A program made the translations under genes and the position numbers. DNA of 64,000 bases. Source: Dehalococcoidia bacterium. Lineage in GTDB: Bacteria; Chloroflexota; Dehalococcoidia; Lucifugimonadales; VXLM01. The notes beneath the pieces are model-generated. The model made no database searches. It was not told the origin of the DNA and saw only the letters and a list, made by a program, of their open reading frames with translations. Below are positions 26,852 to 36,102 of this stretch, in pieces; the first letter of the stretch is position 1, and every line of letters starts with the position of its first letter. The stretch covers positions 3,879,923 to 3,943,922 of the forward strand of contig OY759598.1 in NCBI GenBank assembly GCA_963662435.1, read 5' to 3'.

Positions 26852-27025
26852 CGACCTGCCTCACAAGTATCCTCAGGCAAACGGCTTCCCAACGGGTCAC
26901 GGTCCCGGGAGAAGACTGGTGCCGCCTGTTTTGAAATACAGGATACTTGCGCATAGCGGATCATAGCAGTTATCATGAGTGCCGTGTGTACAATCGTTTG
27001 CCAGCATCACTTGTGAGGTGGCGAT

Positions 27026-27430
27026 GTGAGCGACGGTCCAGCTTTGGACGGGCGTCCGCCGGATGCCCTCGGCACCCACCTGCTGCTTGAGCTGAACGAG
27101 TGCGACTCGGGCCTGCTCGACGAGTTGGACCTCATCAAGAATGCCATGGTCGACGCGGCCCGAGAAGCAGGAGCCAGCATACTCGGGCGGTCCTTCCACA
27201 AGTTCACCCCGCGCGGCGTCACTGGAATCGTCGCCATAGCCGAGTCGCACCTTGCCATCCACACCTGGCCTGAGCACGGGTACGCGGCCGTCGACATCTT
27301 CACTTGCGGCGAGTCTTTCGCGCCCGACAGAGCCGCCCAACTGATCATTGGCAGTCTGAAGTGCCGCAACCCCGCCACGACAACCATCAGGCGCGGGCCT
27401 GTCGGGTCCGGCGCCGCGGCCGCGCTGTGA
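27026..27430 (+). CDS. speH: S-adenosylmethionine decarboxylase proenzyme (SpeH type, pyruvoyl)
   Basis: GTHLLLELNECD...TPRGVTGIVAIAESHLAIHTWPEHGYAAVDIFTCGE (the ES cleavage site). GTG start. Confidence 0.88.
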   Translation: MSDGPALDGRPPDALGTHLLLELNECDSGLLDELDLIKNAMVDAAREAGASILGRSFHKFTPRGVTGIVAIAESHLAIHTWPEHGYAAVDIFTCGESFAPDRAAQLIIGSLKCRNPATTTIRRGPVGSGAAAAL

Positions 27431-28353
27431 TGGTCGACGGCCCTCCCGGGGACGGCTGGCACTACGAGCACATCACGCCCGATCTGCTGCAGGCGGAACG
27501 GGTCGAGCGGGTGGTCCACTCGGGCAGGACCCCCTACCAGTCGGTCGTGATCCAGGACACCGCGTGCTTCGGTCGGTCCCTGGTGCTCGACGACAAGACC
27601 CAGTCGACCGAGGCCGACGAGTTCGTGTACCACGAGTCCCTGGTCCAGCCGCCGATGATCGCCCACCCGGGCCCGCGCCGCGTCTTCATCGCGGGGGGCG
27701 GCGAGGGCGCTACGGCGCGCGAGGTGTTGCTCCACCCATCGGTCGAACGAGTAGTCATGGCCGACATCGACCGAGAGGTCGTCGACCTCTGCCGCCAACA
27801 CCTGGGCGCGTTCCACCAGGGCTCGTTCGACGATCCGAGGCTGGACCTTCACCACAGGGACGCGATGGCCGTGCTGGACGAGTCCCAGGGCGGGTTCGAC
27901 GTTGCCGTGATCGACGTGCCCGACCCTCTCGAAGAAGGCCCGGCCTATCTGCTCTTCACCACCGAGTTCTACGAAATGGCACGGACGAGACTCGCGCCCG
28001 GTGGCCTGCTCGTCGCCCAAGCGGGGCCCACCGGCCCAGCATTCTACGAGCAGTGCTTCTCGGCCGTGGCCAACACAGTCGACTCGGCGTTCCCGACGAT
28101 GTCCGCCTACGAGGCCTTCGTGCCGTCCTTCGGCGCGACTTGGGGCTTCGTCGTCGGATCCATGGGAAGCGATCCGGCGGCTCTGTGCCCCAGCGAGGTC
28201 GACGCTAAACTAGGCGAAAGGGGCATCGGAGGACTCCGCCACTACGACGGCGAGACCCACGCAGGCATGTTCTCCCTGCCCAAGTACCTGCGTGCGGCGA
28301 TAAAGGCCGAGCGCAGGATCATCACTAGAGACGACCCACTCTTCGTCACATAG
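27430..28353 (+). CDS. speE: spermidine synthase / polyamine aminopropyltransferase
   Basis: YQSVVI...LVLDDKTQSTEADEFVYHE, IAGGGEGATAREVL, MADIDREVV, IDVPDP. The ATG overlaps the speH stop (TGATG). Confidence 0.88.
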   Translation: MVDGPPGDGWHYEHITPDLLQAERVERVVHSGRTPYQSVVIQDTACFGRSLVLDDKTQSTEADEFVYHESLVQPPMIAHPGPRRVFIAGGGEGATAREVLLHPSVERVVMADIDREVVDLCRQHLGAFHQGSFDDPRLDLHHRDAMAVLDESQGGFDVAVIDVPDPLEEGPAYLLFTTEFYEMARTRLAPGGLLVAQAGPTGPAFYEQCFSAVANTVDSAFPTMSAYEAFVPSFGATWGFVVGSMGSDPAALCPSEVDAKLGERGIGGLRHYDGETHAGMFSLPKYLRAAIKAERRIITRDDPLFVT

Positions 28354-28380
28354 GACCGGTCCGAAACGGAGGTAACGACA

Positions 28381-28900
28381 ATGCAGTTAGGAATGGTAGG
28401 CCTCGGCAGGATGGGCGGGAACATGGCGCAGCGGCTGCTGCACGGCGGTCACGACCTTGTCGTCTACGATCCGAACCCGGAGGCAGTCGAGGCCCAGCAG
28501 GGCGCGGGTGCGGCCGGCGCTGCGTCCCTCGGCGGCTCGCGGCGAAGTTCGACGCCCCCAGGGCCGTGTGATCGATGGTGCCCTCGGGCGACGCCACGGA
28601 GGCCACAATCGCCGCCCTCGCGGACGAACTGGAGCCCGGCGACACCATCATCGACGGCGGCAACGCCAACTACAAGGATTCCTTCCGCAGGGCCGGGACG
28701 CTGGGCGAGAAGGGGGCATCAGCTTCCTCGACGGCGGCACGAGCGGCGGCGTCTGAGGCCTCGCCGAGGGGTACAGCCTGATGATCGGGGGCGACAGGAA
28801 CGCCTTCGAGCACCTCGAGCCGGTCTTCCAGACCCTCGCTCCAGGCCCGGACAGGGGCTACGGCTACGTCGGCGGCCCGGGCGCAGGCTACGTCGTCAGC
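28381..28900 (+). pseudogene. 6-phosphogluconate dehydrogenase-like (short, decarboxylating type) pseudogene
   Basis: MQLGMVGLGRMGGNMAQRLLHGGHDLVVYDPNPEAVEA, then MVPSGDATEATIAALADELEPGDTIIDGGNANYKDS, GISFLDGGTSGGV(TGA)GLAEGYSLMIGGD and EHLEPVFQTLAP in three different frames. There are two TGA stops, and the C-terminal half is absent. Confidence 0.7.
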
Positions 28901-29020
28901 CTGGGCGATGCCCGTGTCGCGCGCGGCTGCGCCGTGATAGTCTGTTGACTGGGTGCCCGGCCTCGACAGTCCGGCCGGACGCATCAGCAGCTTCACCGCC
29001 GGGGACACACGAGGTACGCC

Positions 29021-29446
29021 TTGCACTTAGCGATTGACGGCTACGGGGCCGACCCCAAAGTCCTAGAGGACACCGGCCTCGTCCGACGCTTCCTCGACGA
29101 GTACCCCGGCGCCATCGGCATGACAAAGATCTCGCCTCCCCAGGTCTACACCTACAGGGGCAAGGTGCCGGAGGACTGGGGCGTGTCCGGGTTCGTCATC
29201 ATCGCCGAGAGCCACATCAGCATCCACACCTTCCCCGACAGGGGCTACGTCAACATCGATGTCTTCTCCTGCAAGGACTTCGACGCAGACAAGGCGCTCG
29301 CCGACGTGAAGCGGTTCTTCCTGCTCGACGACGCAAAGGCCTGGACTATGGAGCGCGGCGTCGAATACGCGTCGCCGCGAGAGGCGCATCGCGAAATGGT
29401 CAGGGAGCGTGTGACGACCTCTTCCACCACGCACCGCAATGACTGA
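29021..29446 (+). CDS. divergent SpeH/AdoMetDC-family pyruvoyl decarboxylase paralog (candidate arginine or ornithine decarboxylase)
   Basis: [35 protein letters not shown] keeps the ES self-cleavage site, but the N-terminal half differs strongly from the 27026 copy. The TTG start is uncertain. It overlaps the agmatinase start by 8 nt. Confidence 0.7.
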   Translation: MHLAIDGYGADPKVLEDTGLVRRFLDEYPGAIGMTKISPPQVYTYRGKVPEDWGVSGFVIIAESHISIHTFPDRGYVNIDVFSCKDFDADKALADVKRFFLLDDAKAWTMERGVEYASPREAHREMVRERVTTSSTTHRND

Positions 29447-30356
29447 GAGTCTCCCGGAGTCCGCCGGGCCGCCGCGCACCTGGGACACCTTCCTCGGCGT
29501 TCCTCCACATGAGTCCGGCCGGTCCGCCGTCACCCTCATCCCCGTCCCATACGACGCTACGACCTCCTACCGTACCGGCTCTCGCGACGGCCCACGGGCG
29601 ATCATCAGGGCCTCTCGCGAGCTCGAGGACTATGACCTGGAGTTGGACAGGTACATCTCCACTGCAGGCATACAAACGGCTCCCGAGCTCGACCCATTCG
29701 CCGGAGGCCCCGAGGGCATGATCGACAGAGTCGACCGGGCCGTATCCGAGATGCTGATCGACGGTGCAATAGTCGGGCTCCTGGGCGGCGACCACAGCAT
29801 CACTGTGGGGGCCGTGCGAGCCTTCGAACGCCTCCACTCAGACCTCTCGGTGCTCTACCTCGACGCGCACGCCGACCTGAGGGACGAGTATGAGGGCAGC
29901 CCATGGAGCCACGCATGCGTAGCACGCAGGGTCCTGAAGATGTGCCCCCTCGTCGAAGTGGGAGTACGCAGCCTGAGCGAGCCCGAGCGCCGCTTCATCG
30001 ACGACGAGGGCGTGCCCGTCTACTTCTGGCCGGACGAGACGGCCGGCGTCGCCGGCATCCTGCCTCAGATCGCAGACCGCCTCTCCGATACGGTCTACGT
30101 CAGCATTGACCTGGACGTACTGGACCCATCGATCATGGCCGCCGTCGGGACGCCGGAGCCCGGCGGCATGTCCTGGCATTCAGCCACGACGCTCCTGAGG
30201 CACGTCGCCGAGCGAAAGCGGATAGTAGGATTCGACGTCGTGGAGTTGAGCCCGGGCGAGGGCCCCGAAGCGTGCGTCTTCACAGCCGCCAAGTTGGCCT
30301 ACAAGCTGATCGGCTACGCGACTTCCCTGCGTCCAGACAACTCCGACGATGCATAG
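29439..30356 (+). CDS. speB: agmatinase (ureohydrolase/arginase family)
   Basis: [25 protein letters not shown] and GFDVVELSP metal-binding blocks. Confidence 0.85.
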   Translation: MTESLPESAGPPRTWDTFLGVPPHESGRSAVTLIPVPYDATTSYRTGSRDGPRAIIRASRELEDYDLELDRYISTAGIQTAPELDPFAGGPEGMIDRVDRAVSEMLIDGAIVGLLGGDHSITVGAVRAFERLHSDLSVLYLDAHADLRDEYEGSPWSHACVARRVLKMCPLVEVGVRSLSEPERRFIDDEGVPVYFWPDETAGVAGILPQIADRLSDTVYVSIDLDVLDPSIMAAVGTPEPGGMSWHSATTLLRHVAERKRIVGFDVVELSPGEGPEACVFTAAKLAYKLIGYATSLRPDNSDDA

Positions 30357-30456
30357 CGCATGACGCTGTCGGTCGAGCAGGCTTCGCGAATCCCTGGAAG
30401 TGTAGGATATTCTTTTGTTGGTGCGCCAGTGACCTGAGTCTCATAGGAGAACCATT

Positions 30457-30708
30457 ATGGCGACTGCCGCGAAGCTTAAGCATCCCATGATCGACCAGTT
30501 GATAGCTTACCACCGGATGCGGGGGGATTTGGAACGCGACCACATGGGCCAGTGGATAGTCATATACGACTCAAAGCTGGTGGGTGACGGCTATGAGTCC
30601 TACGACGATGCAGTAGAAGCGGCTCGGCAGATCGGGTTGGACGACCTAGACTGCCTGATTCGCCGGGTAGGATCGGAGGCATACATCCTCTCCTCCTATC
30701 GCCAATGA
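30457..30708 (+). CDS. small DUF5678-like protein (partner of the retropepsin-like protease)
   Basis: 83-aa ORF with MGQWIVIYDSKLVGDGYESYDDAVEAA. 4-nt overlap with the next ORF. The family name is from memory. Confidence 0.55.
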   Translation: MATAAKLKHPMIDQLIAYHRMRGDLERDHMGQWIVIYDSKLVGDGYESYDDAVEAARQIGLDDLDCLIRRVGSEAYILSSYRQ

Positions 30709-31102
30709 TTACGGGGCCAGTTCAGTATCGGGTTTCTCCCGAACTGCTTCGATGGGACGGACCTCCCATCGGCGTAGTCGTGGCATGGAGAGCCGGGTTG
30801 GCATTGCTGGACACTGGGGCCGGCATTTCGTGCGTCGATATCGCTTTCGCTGCATCGTTGCAGTTGTCTGAGGAAGGAACGCACGAGGTAACCGGAGCGA
30901 CTGGCACGGGCGCATATCCGAAGTTCAGAACTGATCTTTACGTACCGCCGCTGGAAGTCGCTGTTCCTCACCCATCGTCGGAGTGCCGCTCAGACGGATG
31001 GGGCATCCCTGGGACGCCATCATCGGACGTGACGTTCTTTGCCAGTTCGAGATGACGGTAAACGGAAAGACAGGCCTGATACGCTTCAGGCCAGCGCCTT
31101 AG
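30705..31102 (+). pseudogene. retropepsin-like clan AA aspartic protease, apparent frameshift near 30965
   Basis: ALLDTGAGISCVD active-site motif. The expected C-terminus HPWDAIIGRDVLCQFEMTVNGKTGLIRFRPAP is in the +1 frame after the CACCCATCG run. This could be a sequencing error. Confidence 0.6.
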
Positions 31103-31350
31103 CCTTTAGGAGTTTCAAAGAGTTATTGCCACACTTCGGACTTGAAAGTCTTGGTCTGATTTTTCTTGTGTTGCTCCCCGCTCCAACTCGGACGCGTTGA
31201 GCCTCAACTCGGATACTCTTTGCTCCAACTCCCGGAACGACTGGCTCGATACCGTGTAGGTACTCAGGATGTGCGATTGCCCCTCATGGTCGCGCACCCT
31301 GCGGTGACTCCCTTCGACTGTTCAGCACAACCTCTGCGGCGTAGCGGTCT

Positions 31351-32496
31351 CTATGGACCGCCTTCGAGTGTGCGCTGCGAAGTGTGAACACGCTCCAAGC
31401 CTTCCGGGCTTTCGGACTGCGGGATGAGCAACTTGCGGACGGGGTAGTTTATCTCGATGCCCTCGCGGGCCAACCTGGTGCGTAGCCGCTTTATCAGTTC
31501 GTGCCTTACGATGCGCGTGCCTGGCCTGTCTTCGGCTTGGATTCTGACTTCGAAGTCTATGTTTGACTCTCCAAACGCGGTGAACCAGACTAAAGGTTCG
31601 TATTCGTCGATGGCGGCATCGACTTCGTCTCGCACACAGATTGCCACTTCCATCGCCACTTTCTCGACTTTCTCAAGGTCCGAATCGTAGCTGACCCCAC
31701 ACTGCACGATGATCGTCACGGCCTGCGACTCGCTGTAGTAGTTGGTCATGACGCTCTCCATCATCCTGGAGTTGGGGATCATTATGAGGTTGTTGAACCT
31801 GTCCCTTATCTTCGTGCTGCGCCAACTCAACTTGACCACGAACCCGGACGGGCCACCCTCGAGTTCAATGAAGTCTCCCGGGTTCAATTCGCCCTCGGTC
31901 AACATGAACATCCCTGAGAACACGTTGCTGAGGGCGGGCTGCAGCGCGAGCGCGGCCGCAATTCCGCCAATGCCGAGTCCGGCCATTAAGGGGGTGACGG
32001 CGATCCCAACTACCTCCAGAGCCGTCAACGCGCCGATGGTGTAGATGATTATGGGGATGATCCAACGAGCCTGTGCGAGTAGTCTGTTATTCATGCTTCT
32101 AGCGGTCCGCTGGGGTACCCGCCCTACGTACCACCCGACAAGCTCATGGATGATGTGAGAGCCGAGATAACTGGCCAGCGCTATCGCGACTACCAGCCAC
32201 ACCTTGGTCGCCCACAGGTCGTGCCTGTCGAAGAAGTGGAACGTTGGGTGCTCCAACTGGGTCATCAGCAGGTAGCCCAAGAACACCCCCAGCGAGACAA
32301 GGAGTAGGACGACCGGACCCCTAGACGCCCTCAGCATCCTGGTGCCCAGCGCGTCCTGATCGTTTCGCCTCCTGTATCTGATCAGCAGGGAGAAGACGAC
32401 GTGTACGATCCCGGCAGCGATAAGTATGGATCCAGCCAAACTAATGACGGCGAGAAATCCGCCAAGCCCAGACCCCTGCACAAACTCAGGAATCAT
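31351..32496 (-). CDS. small-conductance mechanosensitive channel (MscS family)
   Basis: TM region followed by LSNVFSGMFMLTEGELNPGDFIELEG..GFVVKLSWRSTKIRDRFNNLIMIPNS. The start is taken at ATG 32496, with AAGGAGG 6 nt upstream. Confidence 0.85.
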   Translation of the reverse strand: MIPEFVQGSGLGGFLAVISLAGSILIAAGIVHVVFSLLIRYRRRNDQDALGTRMLRASRGPVVLLLVSLGVFLGYLLMTQLEHPTFHFFDRHDLWATKVWLVVAIALASYLGSHIIHELVGWYVGRVPQRTARSMNNRLLAQARWIIPIIIYTIGALTALEVVGIAVTPLMAGLGIGGIAAALALQPALSNVFSGMFMLTEGELNPGDFIELEGGPSGFVVKLSWRSTKIRDRFNNLIMIPNSRMMESVMTNYYSESQAVTIIVQCGVSYDSDLEKVEKVAMEVAICVRDEVDAAIDEYEPLVWFTAFGESNIDFEVRIQAEDRPGTRIVRHELIKRLRTRLAREGIEINYPVRKLLIPQSESPEGLERVHTSQRTLEGGP

Positions 32497-32603
32497 CTCC
32501 AACCTCCTTGCGCGGACCATTGGGATTGAAGCCCAGTGGCACAAAGTGTATGTTACTCGTCGGACGTCACAGCGAGTCCGTCCAGTGGACGAAGGATACA
32601 GGT

Positions 32604-33146
32604 ATGTTCCTATCGAAGATAGCGGACAAGTTGTTTGCCGCGCTCCGGGAGCAGAGCCCGTCCGACATTCTTGGGTCGGTCGCGGCGGCGATCGGAATCA
32701 TCCTGGTCGTGTCAGGGATCGTTCTACAGGACAATTACAGTGTGGGCTTCGGCGCGACGATCAGGTCAATGGGTGGGGTGCTGCTTCTGGGCGGGCTCGG
32801 AGCAGTCCTGTTTGTGGAATCCCGCCGACGTGCTGCGATTATTGGCGCGGCACGGCGCATTGTCGAAAGGTACATGGCCGCGACCGTCACGTGGCATTGG
32901 CCGAACAGGATGGGACTGGCCGGGGTGGCTATTGGGCTGGTCCTGCTTGCTCCCGCCCTGGTGCTGCAGATTATCTTTGGGTCCTCTTTCGGAGCCATAG
33001 TGATGGCGCCGGGCATCGTGCTCTTCTGGTTCGGCGTAGCCCTTCTGATATACGGGTGGCTCCACCGCCGAAATGCGGCCCAGAAGCCGAAGCGGTCGCC
33101 AGAAATGTCGCCTTCACGGAGAAGAGGCCGCGGCAACCGGCGATGA
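32604..33146 (+). CDS. membrane protein, unknown function
   Basis: 4 TM spans and a basic tail. The start is taken at Met 32604 within the 212-aa ORF. Confidence 0.5.
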   Translation: MFLSKIADKLFAALREQSPSDILGSVAAAIGIILVVSGIVLQDNYSVGFGATIRSMGGVLLLGGLGAVLFVESRRRAAIIGAARRIVERYMAATVTWHWPNRMGLAGVAIGLVLLAPALVLQIIFGSSFGAIVMAPGIVLFWFGVALLIYGWLHRRNAAQKPKRSPEMSPSRRRGRGNRR

Positions 33147-33212
33147 CCGCCGTGTGCCGGTCGAGCTAAGCCCCGGCCTTCAAGGACCAAAGTCCGGCGC
33201 GAGACAGGAGGC

Positions 33213-33995
33213 GTGGACATGTCCTACACAAACGTCCCTCAAACCAGCTTACCGAGAATCCGTACTACTCTCACAGACTGGGATGTGGCCTATAAGGTGG
33301 CGCTGGGCGTGATGGCGGTCGGTGTCATTCTGATTGTGTTGGGTCCGATGGTCGGAGGCATCCTGCACACTCAGGCAATAACCCCACTCATTGAGCTGCT
33401 GGGAGCGCCGGGAGATCGGCAGTTTCTTCCCTCGGATGAACCCCGAACGAGCATCGAGCTCCTCGCGGTGCTTGGCGGCTGCAACCTTGTCGTCGGCATC
33501 AGCGTTTTCTGCGTGCGCCTCGTGCTTGAACTGCTGGGACTGGCCGGCGCGCCGATAGTGACCCACAGGATGAGGCCGCCGGGAAAGCTTGCGCTGGGCA
33601 CGGCGGCGGCCGGGTTGGTCGTGTTCGCCGCCGGCGCGTTTCCCCGTATTCTTGTCTCCCTGCTCTTCGTCGACCACGAGTCCGAAGTCCAGGGGATAAC
33701 GTCGGCGCTGGACGAAGTAGCGAAGATCGGCGTTCTACTCTTGGTGTGCTCCCTCACCACACTCTTGCTCCGGGGGCGTGGGATCCGCAGCACATTGTTC
33801 GGTTGGGCCGACCGGGTGGGGTGGGGCAAGCCGGGCTATGGCTGGATCAACTGGCTCTCGTTGGCGTCTGTCGTCGTTGGGATAATCGGCTCGTTCCTCT
33901 TCCTTGGTGACGTGGCCAGCGTCTTCTCCGGTACAGGCGTTATCGTCCTGGTCACGGGGATCGTTCCGCATCTCCTAGCTGGCGGAGGGCCCTAG
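33213..33995 (+). CDS. polytopic membrane protein, unknown function
   Basis: 260-aa ORF with about 7 hydrophobic spans. It converges on the kinase gene. Confidence 0.5.
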   Translation: MDMSYTNVPQTSLPRIRTTLTDWDVAYKVALGVMAVGVILIVLGPMVGGILHTQAITPLIELLGAPGDRQFLPSDEPRTSIELLAVLGGCNLVVGISVFCVRLVLELLGLAGAPIVTHRMRPPGKLALGTAAAGLVVFAAGAFPRILVSLLFVDHESEVQGITSALDEVAKIGVLLLVCSLTTLLLRGRGIRSTLFGWADRVGWGKPGYGWINWLSLASVVVGIIGSFLFLGDVASVFSGTGVIVLVTGIVPHLLAGGGP

Positions 33996-33997
33996 TC

Positions 33998-35257
33998 CTA
34001 CCATCCTCGCACCGAGATAGCCCAGACTATAGTCGCCGCGAGAGCCATGGTGACCGCCGCAACTGTGACCGTCACTCCCAGCAGCACCTTCTTGATCTCT
34101 CCGAGAGCGGCCCTGCGTGAGCCCCCCGGGGCGGGGCTGGCGGCGGCCTGAATCGTTGGCGCGGGCGTGTGGGGCTGTGCTGCCGGTCCAGGACCGGCGG
34201 GTTTCGGCGCGGGAGGATGAGACCGCGTCGCCTTCGAGGCGGGCTGCACACGCGCCGGCCGTTGAGCCTGAAGCGCCTGCCGGTATCCCCGTGCGGCGGT
34301 ACTCGGCGTTGCCGAGGGCGAAGGAGCTGCCGGCGCCGCCGCCGAGGGCGAGGGAGCCGCGCTGGGTGGGATGCCGTGCAGGATGGTCTCCAGGTCCGGT
34401 ACCTTCTCCACGGGAAGCGTGCAGCACTCTTCCAAGCGCTCCGTCAGCTTCGCCACGGTCTGGTCGGGGGACTTCTTCAGCAGGTCGAAGAGGTGGGACT
34501 TACCGGGGTCGGCGTAGTCGCTCCTGGTAAATATCAGGTTGTCGTCATTGAAGAAGGCCCAGAGGCCGGAGTCTGAGGCTATGGCGAGCAGGCTGAGGTA
34601 GACGACTAGCGAAGGGAAGTTGTCCACGTAGGCGTCGTAATCCTCCGCCGCCCGGAGAGGGTGCTGGAAGTTCTTGTGTCCCAGCTCAGGGCTGCGCTCC
34701 CCGCGAAATCTGGGCAGGAACATGCCGTCGTAGTCTACGAGGCGGATTCTGCCGTCTGCCTGCACCATCACGTTGCCGTGCTGCAAGTCGTTGTGGGCGA
34801 TGCCCAGCCCGCGCAGACTGGCGGCCGGCCCCCCGCGCCACTGGGCCGCGACTCGGCGCAGGGCGTCCGGGTCGTTGAGATGGGAGCCTACAAAGCTGCT
34901 CAACGACTCTCCTTCCACCCACTCCATCCTGACGACCGGATACCAGGCGCCCTTCAGGTTGATTCCGTACTCCACGTACTCGAAGTGCACGAAGGACGGG
35001 GGAAGGACGTTGATGAGATATTCGCTCAGCTGGTTGTAACGGGTCTGCTGGTCCTTCACCTCGCGGGTGAAGCAGCGCACCGCGAACTTGCGTCCTACAA
35101 CCGATACCGGATAGACGCAGGCGAAAGCGCCGGAGAATACCAAGGGCATCCCGCGTTGGTTGACCGACACTGCCCCGGCTTCAAGCTCGGTGCCTCTGAA
35201 GCACAGCAGAGGGTTCTGGACAGCTTCACTGAAGTCGGTTATCCCTGGCCAGGGCAT
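33998..35257 (-). CDS. eukaryote-like Ser/Thr protein kinase with a Pro/Ala-rich linker and a C-terminal TM anchor
   Basis: FSGAFACVYPV (Gly loop region), HNDLQHGNVMV (catalytic loop), VDYDGMF (DFG position), a long PAPSPSA linker and terminal LLGVTVTVAAVTMALAATIVWAI. The start is taken at ATG 35257 (MPWPGITDF), overlapping the PP2C stop. Confidence 0.8.
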   Translation of the reverse strand: MPWPGITDFSEAVQNPLLCFRGTELEAGAVSVNQRGMPLVFSGAFACVYPVSVVGRKFAVRCFTREVKDQQTRYNQLSEYLINVLPPSFVHFEYVEYGINLKGAWYPVVRMEWVEGESLSSFVGSHLNDPDALRRVAAQWRGGPAASLRGLGIAHNDLQHGNVMVQADGRIRLVDYDGMFLPRFRGERSPELGHKNFQHPLRAAEDYDAYVDNFPSLVVYLSLLAIASDSGLWAFFNDDNLIFTRSDYADPGKSHLFDLLKKSPDQTVAKLTERLEECCTLPVEKVPDLETILHGIPPSAAPSPSAAAPAAPSPSATPSTAARGYRQALQAQRPARVQPASKATRSHPPAPKPAGPGPAAQPHTPAPTIQAAASPAPGGSRRAALGEIKKVLLGVTVTVAAVTMALAATIVWAISVRGW

Positions 35258-36102
35258 GGCTCTCGTTTCGCCTCGCTGTCCTGGACTACCTCGACGGTCA
35301 CCAACGTGGTATCGTCGTTCCGCATCAGCCCCTCGCGGCGTTGCTCTTCGATCCAGGCGTCCCATTCCGCCGCGTCCAACGCCAGCAGGGTTTCCCATGG
35401 CTTCTCCCCGGCGGCGTACTGGGTTAGGAGCCAGCAGGCCAGGGCGTCTGTAGCGAGAATGATGAGGTCGCCCGCCGCGCACTCACCGCTGCGCAGGCGC
35501 GCCCCTTCCCACATATCCCCTGCGTTATCGGGGTTGCTGCAGACCAGGGCGGGGGTGTTGTCGAACTCGCTGGCGTCTTCCAGGGGGAAGGATAGCCATA
35601 GCCGGTCGTCGCGGACGACAAAGAGGCAGCTATCTCCTACGGCCACCGCCTGCCATGAGAGCCGTCCGGGGTCGTCCGGATCAGCCCCGACAACCAGCCC
35701 CAATATGGTGGCGAAAGCCCCTGCCCGCGCCTTGGCCTCTCCGTGCCAGGGCAGGCTTTCCCAAGGTACTCCCGAGTGCCATGCCGCCTGTGCCGGCCGC
35801 AGCCACGCGTTCAGAGAGTCCTCCGTCAGGCCACATAGCTCCGGGGGCCGTGTCACGAACTCATCGGCCAGGGCATTCGCCCACTCCCGGGCAAAGGCAG
35901 ACTCGCTGGCGCCGTCGGTGACGACTATCCGCGCCGCACCACAGCCGGACGCTCCGATTCGCTGGGGGTATGCGATGCGGAAAGCGTCCTCGTACTCCTC
36001 CGGGCCGTTGCCCGCCTTGGGCACCCAGAGCTCTGTGGGAGGTCGAAGGGCCAACTCACCCTCCAACCGATCAGCGCAGGTCCGCAGCGGCCCGGGTTCC
36101 AA
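35239..36102 (-). CDS. PP2C-like protein phosphatase
   Basis: EDAFRIAY, IVVTDGASES, ILATDALACWLL and RNDDTTLVTVEV blocks. The exact start is uncertain, because the ORF overlaps the vWA stop at 36071. Confidence 0.7.
   Translation of the reverse strand: MEPGPLRTCADRLEGELALRPPTELWVPKAGNGPEEYEDAFRIAYPQRIGASGCGAARIVVTDGASESAFAREWANALADEFVTRPPELCGLTEDSLNAWLRPAQAAWHSGVPWESLPWHGEAKARAGAFATILGLVVGADPDDPGRLSWQAVAVGDSCLFVVRDDRLWLSFPLEDASEFDNTPALVCSNPDNAGDMWEGARLRSGECAAGDLIILATDALACWLLTQYAAGEKPWETLLALDAAEWDAWIEEQRREGLMRNDDTTLVTVEVVQDSEAKREPCPGQG

Noticed and set aside
27007-28020. 337-aa minus-strand ORF, and the 214-aa plus-strand alternative-frame ORF, over speH/speE.
   Set aside because: The speH and speE frames carry unmistakable family motifs. 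The alternatives are Arg/Gly/Pro-rich shadows.
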